A stretch of DNA of 64,000 nt from Cyanophora paradoxa CCMP329. Its lineage: Eukaryota; Plantae; Glaucophyta. The notes under the pieces were generated by a model. It saw only the letters and a list, made by a program, of their open reading frames with translations. It was not told the origin of the DNA and did not search any database. The number at the start of each line of letters is the position of its first letter. Within the stretch, counting starts at the first letter, position 1. The translations under genes and the position numbers were made by a program. This document shows, in pieces, positions 35,508 through 47,500 of the stretch. The stretch spans positions 682,001-746,000 of the forward strand of contig QPMI01000005.1 of assembly GCA_004431415.1 (NCBI GenBank), written 5' to 3'.

Positions 35508-38500
35508 ATGCGAGCGCTACTGCTCCAGCTCGCGCATTTGGCGGCGCTGGCGGCGCTGCTGCTGGGTGCCGAGACTCCCGCCCGCGAGGAAAGCCCGCAT
35601 CTGACTCCGAATCGCCGCCGCAGCTGGCGCACTTCGCCAGAACATCATTTCGCTGGTGCGCCGATCGCCGCCGCGCCGCCAGTCGAACGTCGGCTAGGAG
35701 CCAAGTTGGCCCGCTCCACCCGGGGGACTTGCCGCGACCCCTGTGCGGCGCACACGCCCCGCCTGGCACCTAAGGATGCGTTTCGACAGGTGTATCTGAT
35801 CCTCTTCTTCCTCGGGACGTTCTTCCCGCGATGCCGTACCTTCAAGGCGGTCTTCGCGGGCTCGTCGTGTGCGTGCCGCTCTGAGCCATTTCCCGAGGGG
35901 CGTGCGGCGGCGGGCAGCGGATTTCCGCGCGCTCGCGGCGCGGCGCCCCGCGTTGACAGGACGACGCCGCAGACCGGTCGGAGCCCTCGACGCTCACTTC
36001 GGTCTTCTGGGCCACCGCGGCGCTCTTCAGCACAGGTGCGCGACTCGCCTGCGCGTGTGCCGTGTGCCTTCCACTTCGCCCGCGGCCGACTCGGGAGCGG
36101 CAGCCGTGCTCGTGATGCACATCCTGGCGGTCATCGTCGTCTCCACCGTCGGGACGTTCGACGCGGGGCCCTGGAGCGACTTCGTCGCCGCCGTCGGATT
36201 TCCGGAGCTTTTCCACCAGTGGAGCGACGCCTACGCCCGCGCGCTCCTCCCCGACGTCGCGGTACCCGCCCCGCCCGCCCCGCGCCTCCGCCTCCGCCGC
36301 CGGTGCCGACGCCGGGCGCGCAGGTCGTGTTCACGTCGGCGGCGTTCTTCGCTATCGTGCACCACCCGCGCTCCCGGGGCCTCGACGAGGGTACCCCCCT
36401 CCCCCCGCCCAGCCCGCCGCGCCCCCTCCGCCCGCCCGCGCCCGACCCCGCTCGCCTCCGCCCGCAGCACTCTCGCTCTTCCCGTCGCTGCACACGCGGG
36501 AGGGCGACTGGCGCGAGACCGGCGCCGGCGCCATCGGGGCAGTCATGCTGTTCGTCGCCGGCGCCTCCACGCAGGCGCGCGCGCACCGGAGGACCGTTCG
36601 CCTCGCCGCGCCGATCGCGCCGCTCACCGTACCCCGCCCGCAGTGCCTGGCCGGCGCCCCGTACCTCCTCCTCTCCTTCGTGCGCCTCTTCCGCTGGGCC
36701 CGCGGCGAGTCCCTCTGGCTCGCCAGCGCCGCGTGCGCACCCGTACCCCGCTCAGCTTCTCCCCCCCCCTCTGCCGACGCCCCCGGACAGGCTCTGGCCC
36801 TCCCTCGTCGCGCCGTACGCGTTCGTCCACTTCCTCGCCATGTGAGCCCGTACCCCCCTCCCCATCGGGCCCTGCTCTCACGCCGGGGGGTACAGGTACG
36901 TCTTCCTGCTGCCGCGGGTCCCGGCGGCGCTCGGCGGGGAGGGCGGCGTGGCGGCGGGCGTCCTCGGGGCCGGCCCCCTCTCCGAAGGCCGCATCGGCGC
37001 CATGCTCGCGCTCGGCGCCCTCTTCTGCGCGGTACCCCTCCCCGGACTTCCCCCCCCCCGCCGCCCCCGCTGATCGCGTACCCCCGGCAGTGCGTCGTGC
37101 TGCGGGAGATCGGGCGGGACGACCTGTACGAGTTCGAGGGGGACGCGCCCGTCGGTCCGCCCGCCCGCCCGCCCGCGTGTTCGCGCGACCGGAAGAACGC
37201 TCACGCGAGCGTTCGCTCAGACGTGGACGCGATCCTGCGGATGCAGTCGTCCGACGGCTCTGAATCCGAGTCCGAGGCGCCCGTACCCGGCGCCGGCGCC
37301 CGCATTGTGGCCCCCGGGGGCGGCGGCCGCGCCCTCTCCTTCTCGGTACCCTCCCCCTCGCCGCCCCCGTCCTCCACGGCCCCGACGCCGTCGCCGTACC
37401 CCGCCGCCTCGCCCCCGCCCCCGCCCCCGCTGCTGCCGCCGGCCGTGCGGCTCTCCGCCCCGATGGGCCCCTCCCCGCTCGCGGGGGACGAGGGCGGCTC
37501 CGCCTCGCCCCGCCCGCTGGAGGGGGAAGGGGGCCCGCCCCCCGCCTCGGACGCGGCGCCGCCCTACGACCTGACGAGCGAGGCCGAGGCGGTCGCCGAG
37601 CGCCGGCGCCGCTGGAACTGGCGCTGGCTCCTCTCGCGCCACCGCGTCCTCGCCGTGGCCGCCGTGCTCGCCTGGTCGCTCGCGTACCCCGGCGTGCTGG
37701 CCTTCCCCCTGCTCCTCGCCGGCCTGTGGGGCATCGCCTTCCCGCTCCGCCGCGGCGTCGTCGGCGCCTGCCTCCTCTTCGCCCTCGGCCTCACCGCCGC
37801 GACCTACGCCGTCAACCTCCCGTTCCCCTCCACCGGCGAGTTCCTCCCGGGCCGCCGCGTCGGCCTGCTCTTCCAGCCGGCCCGCGCCGTCGTCGCCGTC
37901 CTGGGGCAGGGCGCCCTCGCCCTCGCCGTGGCGGCCGCCTACCGCGCCGCCGCGCCCGCCGTCGGGCCCAGCGCCCTCCTCGAGGAGGAGGACGAGGACG
38001 AGGACGAGGACGAGGAGGAGGAGGTCGGGGGGGTGCGCGCCCCTCCCCCTTCCCTCCCTTCTTCCCCGCCGGCCCCCTCTGACCCCGCTTCAGGACGTGG
38101 AGCGCATGTCGATCCCGCGGCGCCGCTCGGGCCTCGCCTCTGACGCCGAGGGACCCGGCGGCTCCTGGCAGGTGCGCCCAAAGACAAGGCAGACAAACAA
38201 GGAAAGACGAGCCTGGCTGACCGACTGCCGCGCAGGAGCGTATGTACGGGGCGCTGCGGGGCGCGGTGCGGCGGACGCTGCGGCTGGCGTACCTCCTCTC
38301 CGTCGCCGTCCTCTACGTCGGGGCCCTCTCCTCCAACGACCTCCTCCACGCCGCCTACCGTGCGCCCTTTGAAGCTTACGCGGCTTGGAGCTCAGCGTGG
38401 GGCATCTCCGCCTAAAGATTCGATTCGATTAGCTTCATAATAGCAATGTTTTTGGCGCCCTTCAAAGCTTGGCTGGGGCCGAGCTCCGCCTAAAGATTCG

Positions 38501-41500
38501 ATTGGATTCGCTTGGATTCGCCTCCCTCACCCCGCCCCGCCCGCCGGCGCCGCGCAGTGCTCTTCTGCGTGGCGTTCGTGAGCTCGCCGGCGCTGGCGCG
38601 CCGCTTCTGGCACCTCGTCGTCCTCTACGCAGCCGCCGCCTGCGCCGTCCGCCCCCGCCCGCCCGCCCAGCCGCCCAGCTCGATCCGGTCCCTTAAGCTT
38701 CGCAGGTGGTGTACCTGTACGCGGCGCTGGCGGGGTGGGCCTGGGACGAGGCCCGCGTGCCCCTTCTCCTGCGAGACCTCCTCGGTCCGCCCGCCCGCCC
38801 CCGCGCCTCTAGACAGCGCGCTTCTAAGCTGCTGCTGCCGGCTTCTACCGCCCTTCCTCCCTTCTTCTTCGGCCCCTCTGACGGGGCGCGCGCCCTTCCG
38901 CCTCGCGGCAGGCCTGACGGAGGCCGGGGCGCGCTTCTACGAGAGCGTCCTGCCCCACGTCGCCATCGCCGTCGCCACCGGCGCCCAGCTCCACGTCTAC
39001 CGCGTGCGTTCGTTTCTGTGAGATTTCAAGGGCCGGGAGAACCTCGAAAACTCTTAAGGTCGCCTCAAACGCTAAGGATGCAGCTAGATCAGAGCCTTAT
39101 ATATGCGCCGCCTCACGTCCCGCGCAGAGCCGGGCGTACCGGGAGGCGGCGCGGGCGGCGCGGGCGGCCGCCGGGGACCTCTCGACGGCGGGGGCGCGGG
39201 GCCCACGCCCCGCGCCGGCGCCGACGACGGCTCCAACGCCTCCCGCGCCCGCGCCCGCGCCCGCCTCCGCTCCGCCGCCGCCGCCGCCGCCACGCCGTCG
39301 CCGCCTCCGTCGCCGGCTCATCCCCCCCGCCGCCAACCTCCTCTCCTCCTGGCGCCTCCTCGAGGTCCGCGATCGTCGTACCCCCGCGATCGTTTCCCCC
39401 CCCCGCCCCTCACTCCGCCGCGCTCAGATGTGGCTCCCCGCGCTCGCGGCGCGCGCCTCGTTCCTGCCGGGGTACGCCGCCGCCGTCCTGCTCCTCCTCA
39501 TCGAGCCGGCATCGATCCTCCTCCTGGGGTGCGCGTACCCCCTGCCCTTCCCCCCCCTCCCGCAGCATACCAACCTGTTCCCAGGTACCTCCTGCTGCTC
39601 TCGGTGCTGCTGCTGCACCACCCGCTGCAGGATGCGCGCCGCGGCTCCTACGCGCGCGCCTGGGCCGTCACTCTGGTCTACTCCTCCCTCGTCCTCTTCG
39701 GTCCGGCCCCCCCCCCCCCCCCCCCCCCCCACCCCACCCGTCATAGCGACGCGGCCCGCCCGGCGGCCGCTCACTTCGTTCGCACCGCAGCGCGCTACGG
39801 CTTCCAGTTCCCGTCGGCGCAGGCGGCGCTCTCCGGCCTCGCCCCTCCCTCGCCCGTGCGCCCCGCGCCCGCGCGCCTGTACCCCGCCCCGCCCCGGTCG
39901 ACCTTTCGCCGCAGCGGTGACGCTTCAGGAGGTCGGGCTCCAGTCGTACGACCCGCGCCGCCTCATGCTCTCCCTTCTCCCGAGGTACCCCCCACCCTTC
40001 TCCCCCCTCCTCTCCCCCTCCCTCCGACCGGGCTCCCTCCCTCCTCAGCTTCCTGGTGTGCGCGCTGGCGGCGCTGCACCTGCGCGCGTACGACCCGGCC
40101 CGCTCCCTCGCCGTCGCCGAGGAGGCCGGCCTCCTTCTCCAGGTACCCCCCCCTCCAATCCCTTCCCCCCCTCCCCCCCCCCCCCCCGCGCTTGACCTCC
40201 GCGGCCCTCGTCCGATGCCCGCACCCGCAGCCGTCCCCGGGGCTCTTCCTCTGGCTCGTGGACGCCCTTCAGGTACCCCCCCGTCCTTCTCCCCTCCCAC
40301 CCCCCTCCCCCCCGCTTTTCTCTTCTGATCTCTGACCGCTCCCCTCCTCGCCAGTTCCTTCGCCGCGCCGCTGTCCTGCACGCCCGCAAGGTCCTACCTG
40401 CTCCTCGCCCCTCTTCCCCCCCCTCTTTCTGAGGGAGGGGTACGGCGCGCAGCTTCTCGCGCTCTCCCTCGGACTCGTCGCCATCCAGCACGCCTGCCTC
40501 CGTGCGCACCCCCCTCCCGCCCGCTTCTCCCCCCCCTTTCTTTTCGCATCTGAGCTTCGTTCGCGCCTCAGTCGGCGCGCTCTTCGCTGTGGGACTCGTG
40601 TGGCACCTCTGCGGCCCGCGCCGCCCCAGGCGCGCCCCTTTCCTCGGCCTTACCTAACTTAGCTAGCCGAAGCTAGTCTAGTTTAGTTTTAGTTAGCTTA
40701 GCCTAACCTGCCTCGCTTCTCTCGGCTGACGCCTTCCCCGCAGCTTCGCGCTGCACCCCATCCTCTTCAGCCAGGCCTGCGCCCTCGCCCGCTATGCCTA
40801 CATGGTACACCCTTTCCTTCCCGCAACCCCTTCCTTCCTTATCTTCAGCTTCTATTATCTCGAACTAGAGCCTTCGATGCCCTCTGCGTTTCCGCTCCAT
40901 CTGATTCTTGCTGCAGATCCGGGGCCTGCGGGAGGCGGCGGGCTCGGGGAGCCACGCGGGGCTCGCCGCCTGGTTCGGCCTCGACGCCAGCCTGGTGCGC
41001 CGCGCCCTGGAAGAGGAACAAATTTAGAGCTTCGAGGATCTAATAGGGACTTCCTTTATGGATCTTAGTGAATATTATCTGATATCTAAGGCTCCTTAGT
41101 GAATGGATGGATATCTTAGTGATTCTTATCGCCCCGCAAACAACACGCTGACGCCCGCACGCCCCCCCCCCCCCCTCCGTCCCCCCGCAGAGCGTCCCGT
41201 CGGCGATCGGCCTCCTGCTCCTCGTCGGCCTCGCGGGCGCCTTCCGCCGCGCCGCCCGCGCCTGGGCCGCCGCCATGCCCGGTACCCCCCCGAGCATTCC
41301 CCCCTCCCCATACACGGCCCTTTCGCTGACCCCCCGCAGGGGATCCCTCGGAGCCGTGCCCGCTCTTCGTCGTCCCGCCGCGCTCCCCCGCGCAGTCCCC
41401 GGCCCCGCTGCCCTCCGCCGCCGCCCTCGAGCCGCCGCCGGCGGCCGCCTCGGCACCGGGCGCGATCTCGGTGTCGCCGGCGCCGCGGCCCTGGGTGCCC

Positions 41501-44500
41501 CCCGCGGAGGGTGCCCGCGCCGCCTTCTCCCGCTGGTGGCGGTGCGCCCGCGCCCGCGCCCCCGCTGAAGAAACCGATGGCGGGGAAGCATAAGGAGCTG
41601 ATGGAACTAAGGAACTGAAGGGGGCTCTTATAACATCTTTCTTACATCTTTCAACTTCTGACAACCCCCCTCGGCCAGGCCCTGGGTCTCGGCCTTCTAC
41701 CGGCGGTACGGCGTCGGCTGCGTGCGCCTCGGCCTCCTCCTCGTCGCCTTCGTCCGGTGCGCACGAGCTAGACCCCCCCATTCTTGTCCAGCTAGAGCTA
41801 GAGCTTGTTTATACTGTTTGGTTTCTAGTTATTCTATTCTAGATCCGGTGCGCACAAAGGCCCGGGACGGACCCGCCATCCTCGTCCAGATAGAGCGCCG
41901 AGCGCCGAGCGCCGTCACAGTGTCTTCTTCTTCTCACGAGCTGCTCGCAGGCTCAACGCGGTCTCGGTGCTGTACCTGCTCTGGATGGCGCTGCTGCTCC
42001 GCGCGGCCCGCGGCGCCGCCGCCCGCGCCTGGCCCGCCCTCCTCGCCTCCACCGCCTTCCTCTGCCTCGCCCAAGTGCGCCCGCTCAGAAGCGTAAACGC
42101 CCTTCAGACTTCTATCGAGCGTTTACTCACATCGATCGCTCAGTATGGGTCGGTGCTGGGGCCCCCGCCCTCCACCGGAGCTGTGTGGCCCCCGTCCGAG
42201 CTGGAGGTACCCCTTTTTCCCATCTCGGACGTACCCGTCTCCTCTGACACGCTCGGCCCCCGCTCCAGGCGCGCTGGGCGCGCTGGCTCGCGCTCTCCTT
42301 CCCCCTACCCCTCCTCTCGGCCGACCTCTTCCTCCTCTTCCTGCTCTCCCGCCAGCAGGTAAAGCCGTACCCCTTCCTTCCCTCCTTCCTCCGCCGGTCC
42401 CTCGGCTGAGGGGGGTACGCCTTTCAGGCCGTCTTCGCGCGGGAGGCGAACCGCACGCCGCGGCGGGCGCTCGGCTCGGGCCCCATCCTCCCTCCCCCTT
42501 ACGAGGCGGACGGCGATGTCGAGGTACCCCCTTTCCCCTTCCATGATTTCATGCCTTACCCCCCCGCGCTCAGGTGAGCGACGGCGAGTCGACGGCGGCG
42601 GGGGGCGGCGCCGCGTCGCCCCGCACCGCCCTCGCCCTCTCCGCCCCCGCCGCCGAGGTTCGCTTCCGCGTACCCCCCACACACACACACACGCACGCAC
42701 ACCTCTGACAATCTCTTACCCCACTACGCTGCGGCAGCTCTCGTGGCACAAGCGGCTCGCGTACGGAACCGCAGCCCCCACCGGCATTCTTTTCCTCGTC
42801 CTGATCGTCGGCACCTGTGCGTGTATCCCCCGCCGAAGCTCGCTTCGCCACTCTACCCCTCCTGAGGCCCCCCTCCTCCCTCCCGCAGCCCAGTACACGC
42901 TGCTCAAGCTGGGGTACCTCGGATTCGCACTCATTCTCCTCCGCAAGGTTCGGCGCACCGCATACCCCCCGCCGCTCTGCTGAGCGGCCTGTGAACGCGT
43001 ACCCCCGTCCCTGCAGCGCGCCGAGCTTCTCGACCGCCGGAGTTCCATGGTGCGGTACCCTCCACCGCGCGAATGCGTACCCCTTTACCCACCCGGCGAC
43101 CGGCAGTGGACGTGGCTCCGGGGGTACAACCTCCTGGTGCTCGCGCTCCAGCTGGTGTACCAGGCGCCCTTCGGCTTCTTCGGGAAGGCGGAGTACCCCT
43201 GGAGCTGGCAAAACGGCGCGCCCCGTCTACCCCTCCCCCTTCCACTTCTCTTTCTCAGTCTCTTTCAGTGATCGGGCTGTGGAAGATGGCGCCCGGGGCG
43301 GTGGACGGCGGCCTCCCCTCCCGCGGCTACGGTGCGCCTGTACCTGCTGGCCCCCCTGCTGGACCGGAGCCTCGAGCGCCGGGACCGGGGCGGCGATCCG
43401 AGCGCGGCTCCTCCCCTCGCGCCCTCACGCCCTCCCGCGGGGGCCAGCGTTCGGGCCGACGAAGGACGGGAGCGTGCTCGCCGACGTCGCCATCTTCGCC
43501 CTCGCCTCCCTCCAGGTCCGAAAGAGCTCTTTAAGGCTTCTGGCCTCGAGGCCTCGAGAGCCGGCCAGCCCGCTCTGCCCCGCCCAACTCCGCCTCTGAC
43601 GCGGCGCGGCGCGGCGCAGGCGCACCTCTTCTCGCACAAGCGCGAGGTCGACGCCGTCGTCGCCTTCCTCCGCCGCGACGAGGCCCGCCCGCCGCTTTAC
43701 TTGGCTTGGCTTGTTCTGAGGGGGGCACGCGCGCTGGGGCAGGCGGCGGCGCGGGCGCGGGCGGCGCGGGAGGAGGAGTTCGTCAAGGAGGAGCGCCTCC
43801 GCCGCCTCCGGGTGCCCATACTGTTCCCTTTCACTGTCTTCTTACTTGCTTGAATCTTATCTTTTGGCTTCTTCAGGACGTGGACGACGAGCGGGAGGCG
43901 CGGCACCTGCGCCTCAACATGCTCCGCAAGCTCCGGCGGGCCATCGGGGGCGGCGCCGCCCACGCCCACGCCCAGGCCCAGGCAAGCTCTCTCGCTCTTC
44001 TCTTCTCTCTCTCTTTCTCACTTGCGCGCAGGCGGCGCTGGTGGCGGCGGCGGCCGCGGTCAGCGCGCAGGCCTCGTCGCACACGCCGACGAGCCCGCAG
44101 GCCGGGCCCGCCTCCGACGGCGCGGCGCCGCTGCCCGCGCCGGCGCCGCTCGACGCCGCCGCAGCGCCCGCGGCCGCCCCGCCGAACCCCTTCGAGGACC
44201 CCCCTCCGTCTCGCCGGGGCTCGCAGGACGCGCCGCCGCCGACGCCCACGCCGACGCCGGCCTCCGCCTCCGCCTCCGCCGCCCTGGCGGAGCTGTCGCG
44301 CCGCGGCTCCGTCTCCGCGGTGCGCCCTGAACTTCAATCTCTTAACTTCAAACTGTGTTATCTGTGCTGCTGATCTTAACGATCCAACGAATGCATATTG
44401 ACATAACTTTCGCGTTCCTCTCCGATTTCTTCCTTCCAACGCAGGAGGTGAGCGAGTTCATTCGGCCGCCGGCGCGGGACGAGGACGAGGAGGAGGAGGG

Positions 44501-47500
44501 GGTGGGCCTCCCCGGGCGCCCGTCGCCCTCGGCCGGCGCCCGCTTCTTCCTCGCGCTGGACGCCCTGCTCTCCCTGCTCCTCGAGGGCCTCCGCATCCTC
44601 GCCATGCGCCACGTCGACAGCACCCAGGTCCGCTCCGCCGCCGATTCTTTCTTAGATCCGTTTGGATCCGTTCCTTGAGCTCCAAGGAGAGCTTTCCTAG
44701 CATCTTAAGCTTTGGTTAGCTCTCTCAGCCCTTCTTGGATCCGTCTCTCGTCTCCTTCCGCTCGCTCACTTTTCCCTCCCCCCTTCCGGCTCCTAGGAGG
44801 CGAGGTACCTCCTGCGCTCCGCCTCGTCGGCGCGGCCGCCGCAGCCGTCCCCGGCGCCGGCCGTCCCCAGCGAGTCGCCGGGCCCGACGCCCGCCCCGAC
44901 GCCCGCCCCCGGCGCCACCGGCCCCTCAGCCTTGCGCCAGCAGCAGCGCTTGTCCGTGCAGCAGCACCCGGCGGCGCCCTCGCCCGCCCCGCCGCCGGCT
45001 CCGACGACGACGACGACGTCGTCGTCGGTGGGGGCGCTCACGGCCGGCGAGGCGGCGCGGCAGGCGTGGGGCACCGCGTCGCGGTACCCCCGCGCCGTGT
45101 ACCGCATCCTGTGGCGCCACACCGGCATCCTCGCAATGACCCTCGCCGTCATCGGTGCGCACGAAGTGAAAGCTAAATATAGTACCCATCTATCTATTTC
45201 TAGCATCCCGTCCGCATCGACCCGGGAGCGCGTCTCGACGCGCGCCGCGCCGCGCAGCGCACGCGGCCTCGGGCTCGCTGCTCTCGGTCGTGTACCCCCT
45301 CGCCGTCCTGGGCTACGCCCTCATGCAGGTGCGCGCCCCGCTCACTGTACTCGCCCTCTCTACACTCACCCCGCCCCTCCTCCTCCGCAGGCGCCGCGGC
45401 CGGGGCGGGCCTTCTGGGGCTCGATGCTGGCCTACACGGAGGCTCTCATCTGCGTCCGCTTTCTCTTCCAGCTGCCCCTCTGGTGACCCCTTTGAATCCT
45501 TTAAGAACCTGGCGTCTAGAGCTTTAAGAACCTTTAAAAACCTTAATCCTTTAAGAATCTGAAAGCTTAAAGCTTCAGAGGGTCTGGCGTCCAGCGTCCT
45601 AGCAACCTTACAAAATGTCCCTCTTATGGCTCTCTCTTCCAGCTGCCCCTCTGGTTACCCCCTCTAGACCCCTTCAGAACCACCTCCCTTGATAGCTCAA
45701 CGACTCTCCCTCATTCGGCATTATCAGCTCAAGGGAAGCTTTCCTAGCTTCATAAGCTCAGCTTAGCTCTCTCAGATGCCCCTCTGTTGCGCTCTCGGCC
45801 CCCTCTGACCCTCTCCTTCTTTCGTTTCAGGTGCCCGCAGGACCCGAACACGCTGCCCTTCACGCGCCTGCAGCCCGACTGCTCGAACATGACCCCCTCC
45901 TCCTACGACACCATCACGGTACCCCCCCTCCTCCCTTTCCCCCCCCCCTTAACCTCTCTCATCCCGGCCCGCAGCGCTACCCGCGCGTGACGCTTCAGGG
46001 CGCGCTGGGCATCTCCAAGGCATCCGCCCACCTCCCCCCCCCCCCCCCCACCCCCGCCTCCTCCTCTTCCTAACCACTGACCCCTCTTTAGATCCCGCCG
46101 CACCTGCTGTTCGTGGAGGGCGTCGCGTGGGACCTCGTCCTCCTGCTCGCCCTCCACCTCCACGTCGCTATGCTCGTCCGCAAGGTCCGCTGCGTTAAAG
46201 AGCTCTTAAAGCTAGAGATAGATGCTTTTTATTAGCTAAAGCTAGCCTTGTTCGCTCCGTTCCGCTCTGTTCTGTTGGCTCCTTCTGTTCTGTTTAATTA
46301 GCTAGCTTCTTAGCTTCCTAGCTCTTCCTGGCTTCCTAGCTTCTAGTCGCCTTCTAAAGAGCTCTTGGCTTCTTCTAGCTAGATAAAGCTAGAAGAAGTT
46401 ACTTTTCTGGATGCTCGTCTTCTAGTCGCCAGCCTAGCGTCTTCTAGTCGCTTGCTCGTTCTCCATTCTTCTTCTTCTTCTAGATTCCAGTCGCCTTTAT
46501 TAGCTTCCTAGCCAGCCTAGCGTCTTCTAGTCGCCATGCTCGTCCGCAAGGTCTGGCCCCCTTTGCTACTTCTAGCTTCGAGCTAATACGTCTTTTGTGC
46601 TGGCTTCTACCTGCTGCTTCTAGTTTTTGTCATCGCCCTTCGTGCTTTGCCCCTCGCTGACCCTTCTGGTCGCCGCAGGGGTACTGGGCACACCACCACC
46701 ACCACCACCACGGCCCGCAGCAGGGCCCCCCCGCGGCCCCCGAGGCCCTGCACCCGTCGGAGGGCAAGGGCGGCACCCGCGCCCTCCCACCCTCCGGGCC
46801 CAAGGTCCTTTCTTTCTCTCTCTCTCGCCTTCCCCTCTCTCTGCTTTTCTCCGCGCCCTGAAGGTTGTTGTACCCCAGCCGCACCTCGGAGCCCTCTCGG
46901 ACCGGGCGGCGCGCACGTGGGCCCCCGGCAAGGTAGTACCCCCTCTCTACTCCCGCCTCCCCCCCCCCCTCCCTTCTGAGTTCGCGCCAGGGCCGGAGGC
47001 TGGGGAGTCCGGGGGCGCGCTCCCGTTCCCCCCCGCCGCAGCCTCCCCCGGCCCCCGTCTCGCGCGGGAAGGTCCGCCCCGTACCCCCCGCCCCCTTCCA
47101 ATTCCTGACTAATCCCTCTCCCCCCCCCCAGGTTCTGCCGACGGGCGTGGGTACCCCCCCGCCCGGGGGCTCCGGCCTCGCGATCGCCGTCCCAGGGCGC
47201 GATGTGGGACCCATCGCCGGTACCCCCGGCGCCTCCGGTACCCCCGGCGGGTCCTCCGGCCTCCGCCGCCGGGCGGCCCGCCGCGGGGGCGCCGGCCCCG
47301 ACGACCCGCCCCGGTGCGAACAAAGTGTACGGGCGTACCGTATCCCCTCGGCTAATCCCCCCCCCCTCTCTTATCAGGTCCCCTCCGGGGGGTAGGCGCC
47401 CGCGCTCGGACGGTAATCTGTTTGCGAGCGCCCCCGCAGCCGGCGGCGGCTCGGCCCCCGCGCCCCCCGGTCCCCCGTGCGCCCTTTCTTTAGTGTACCC

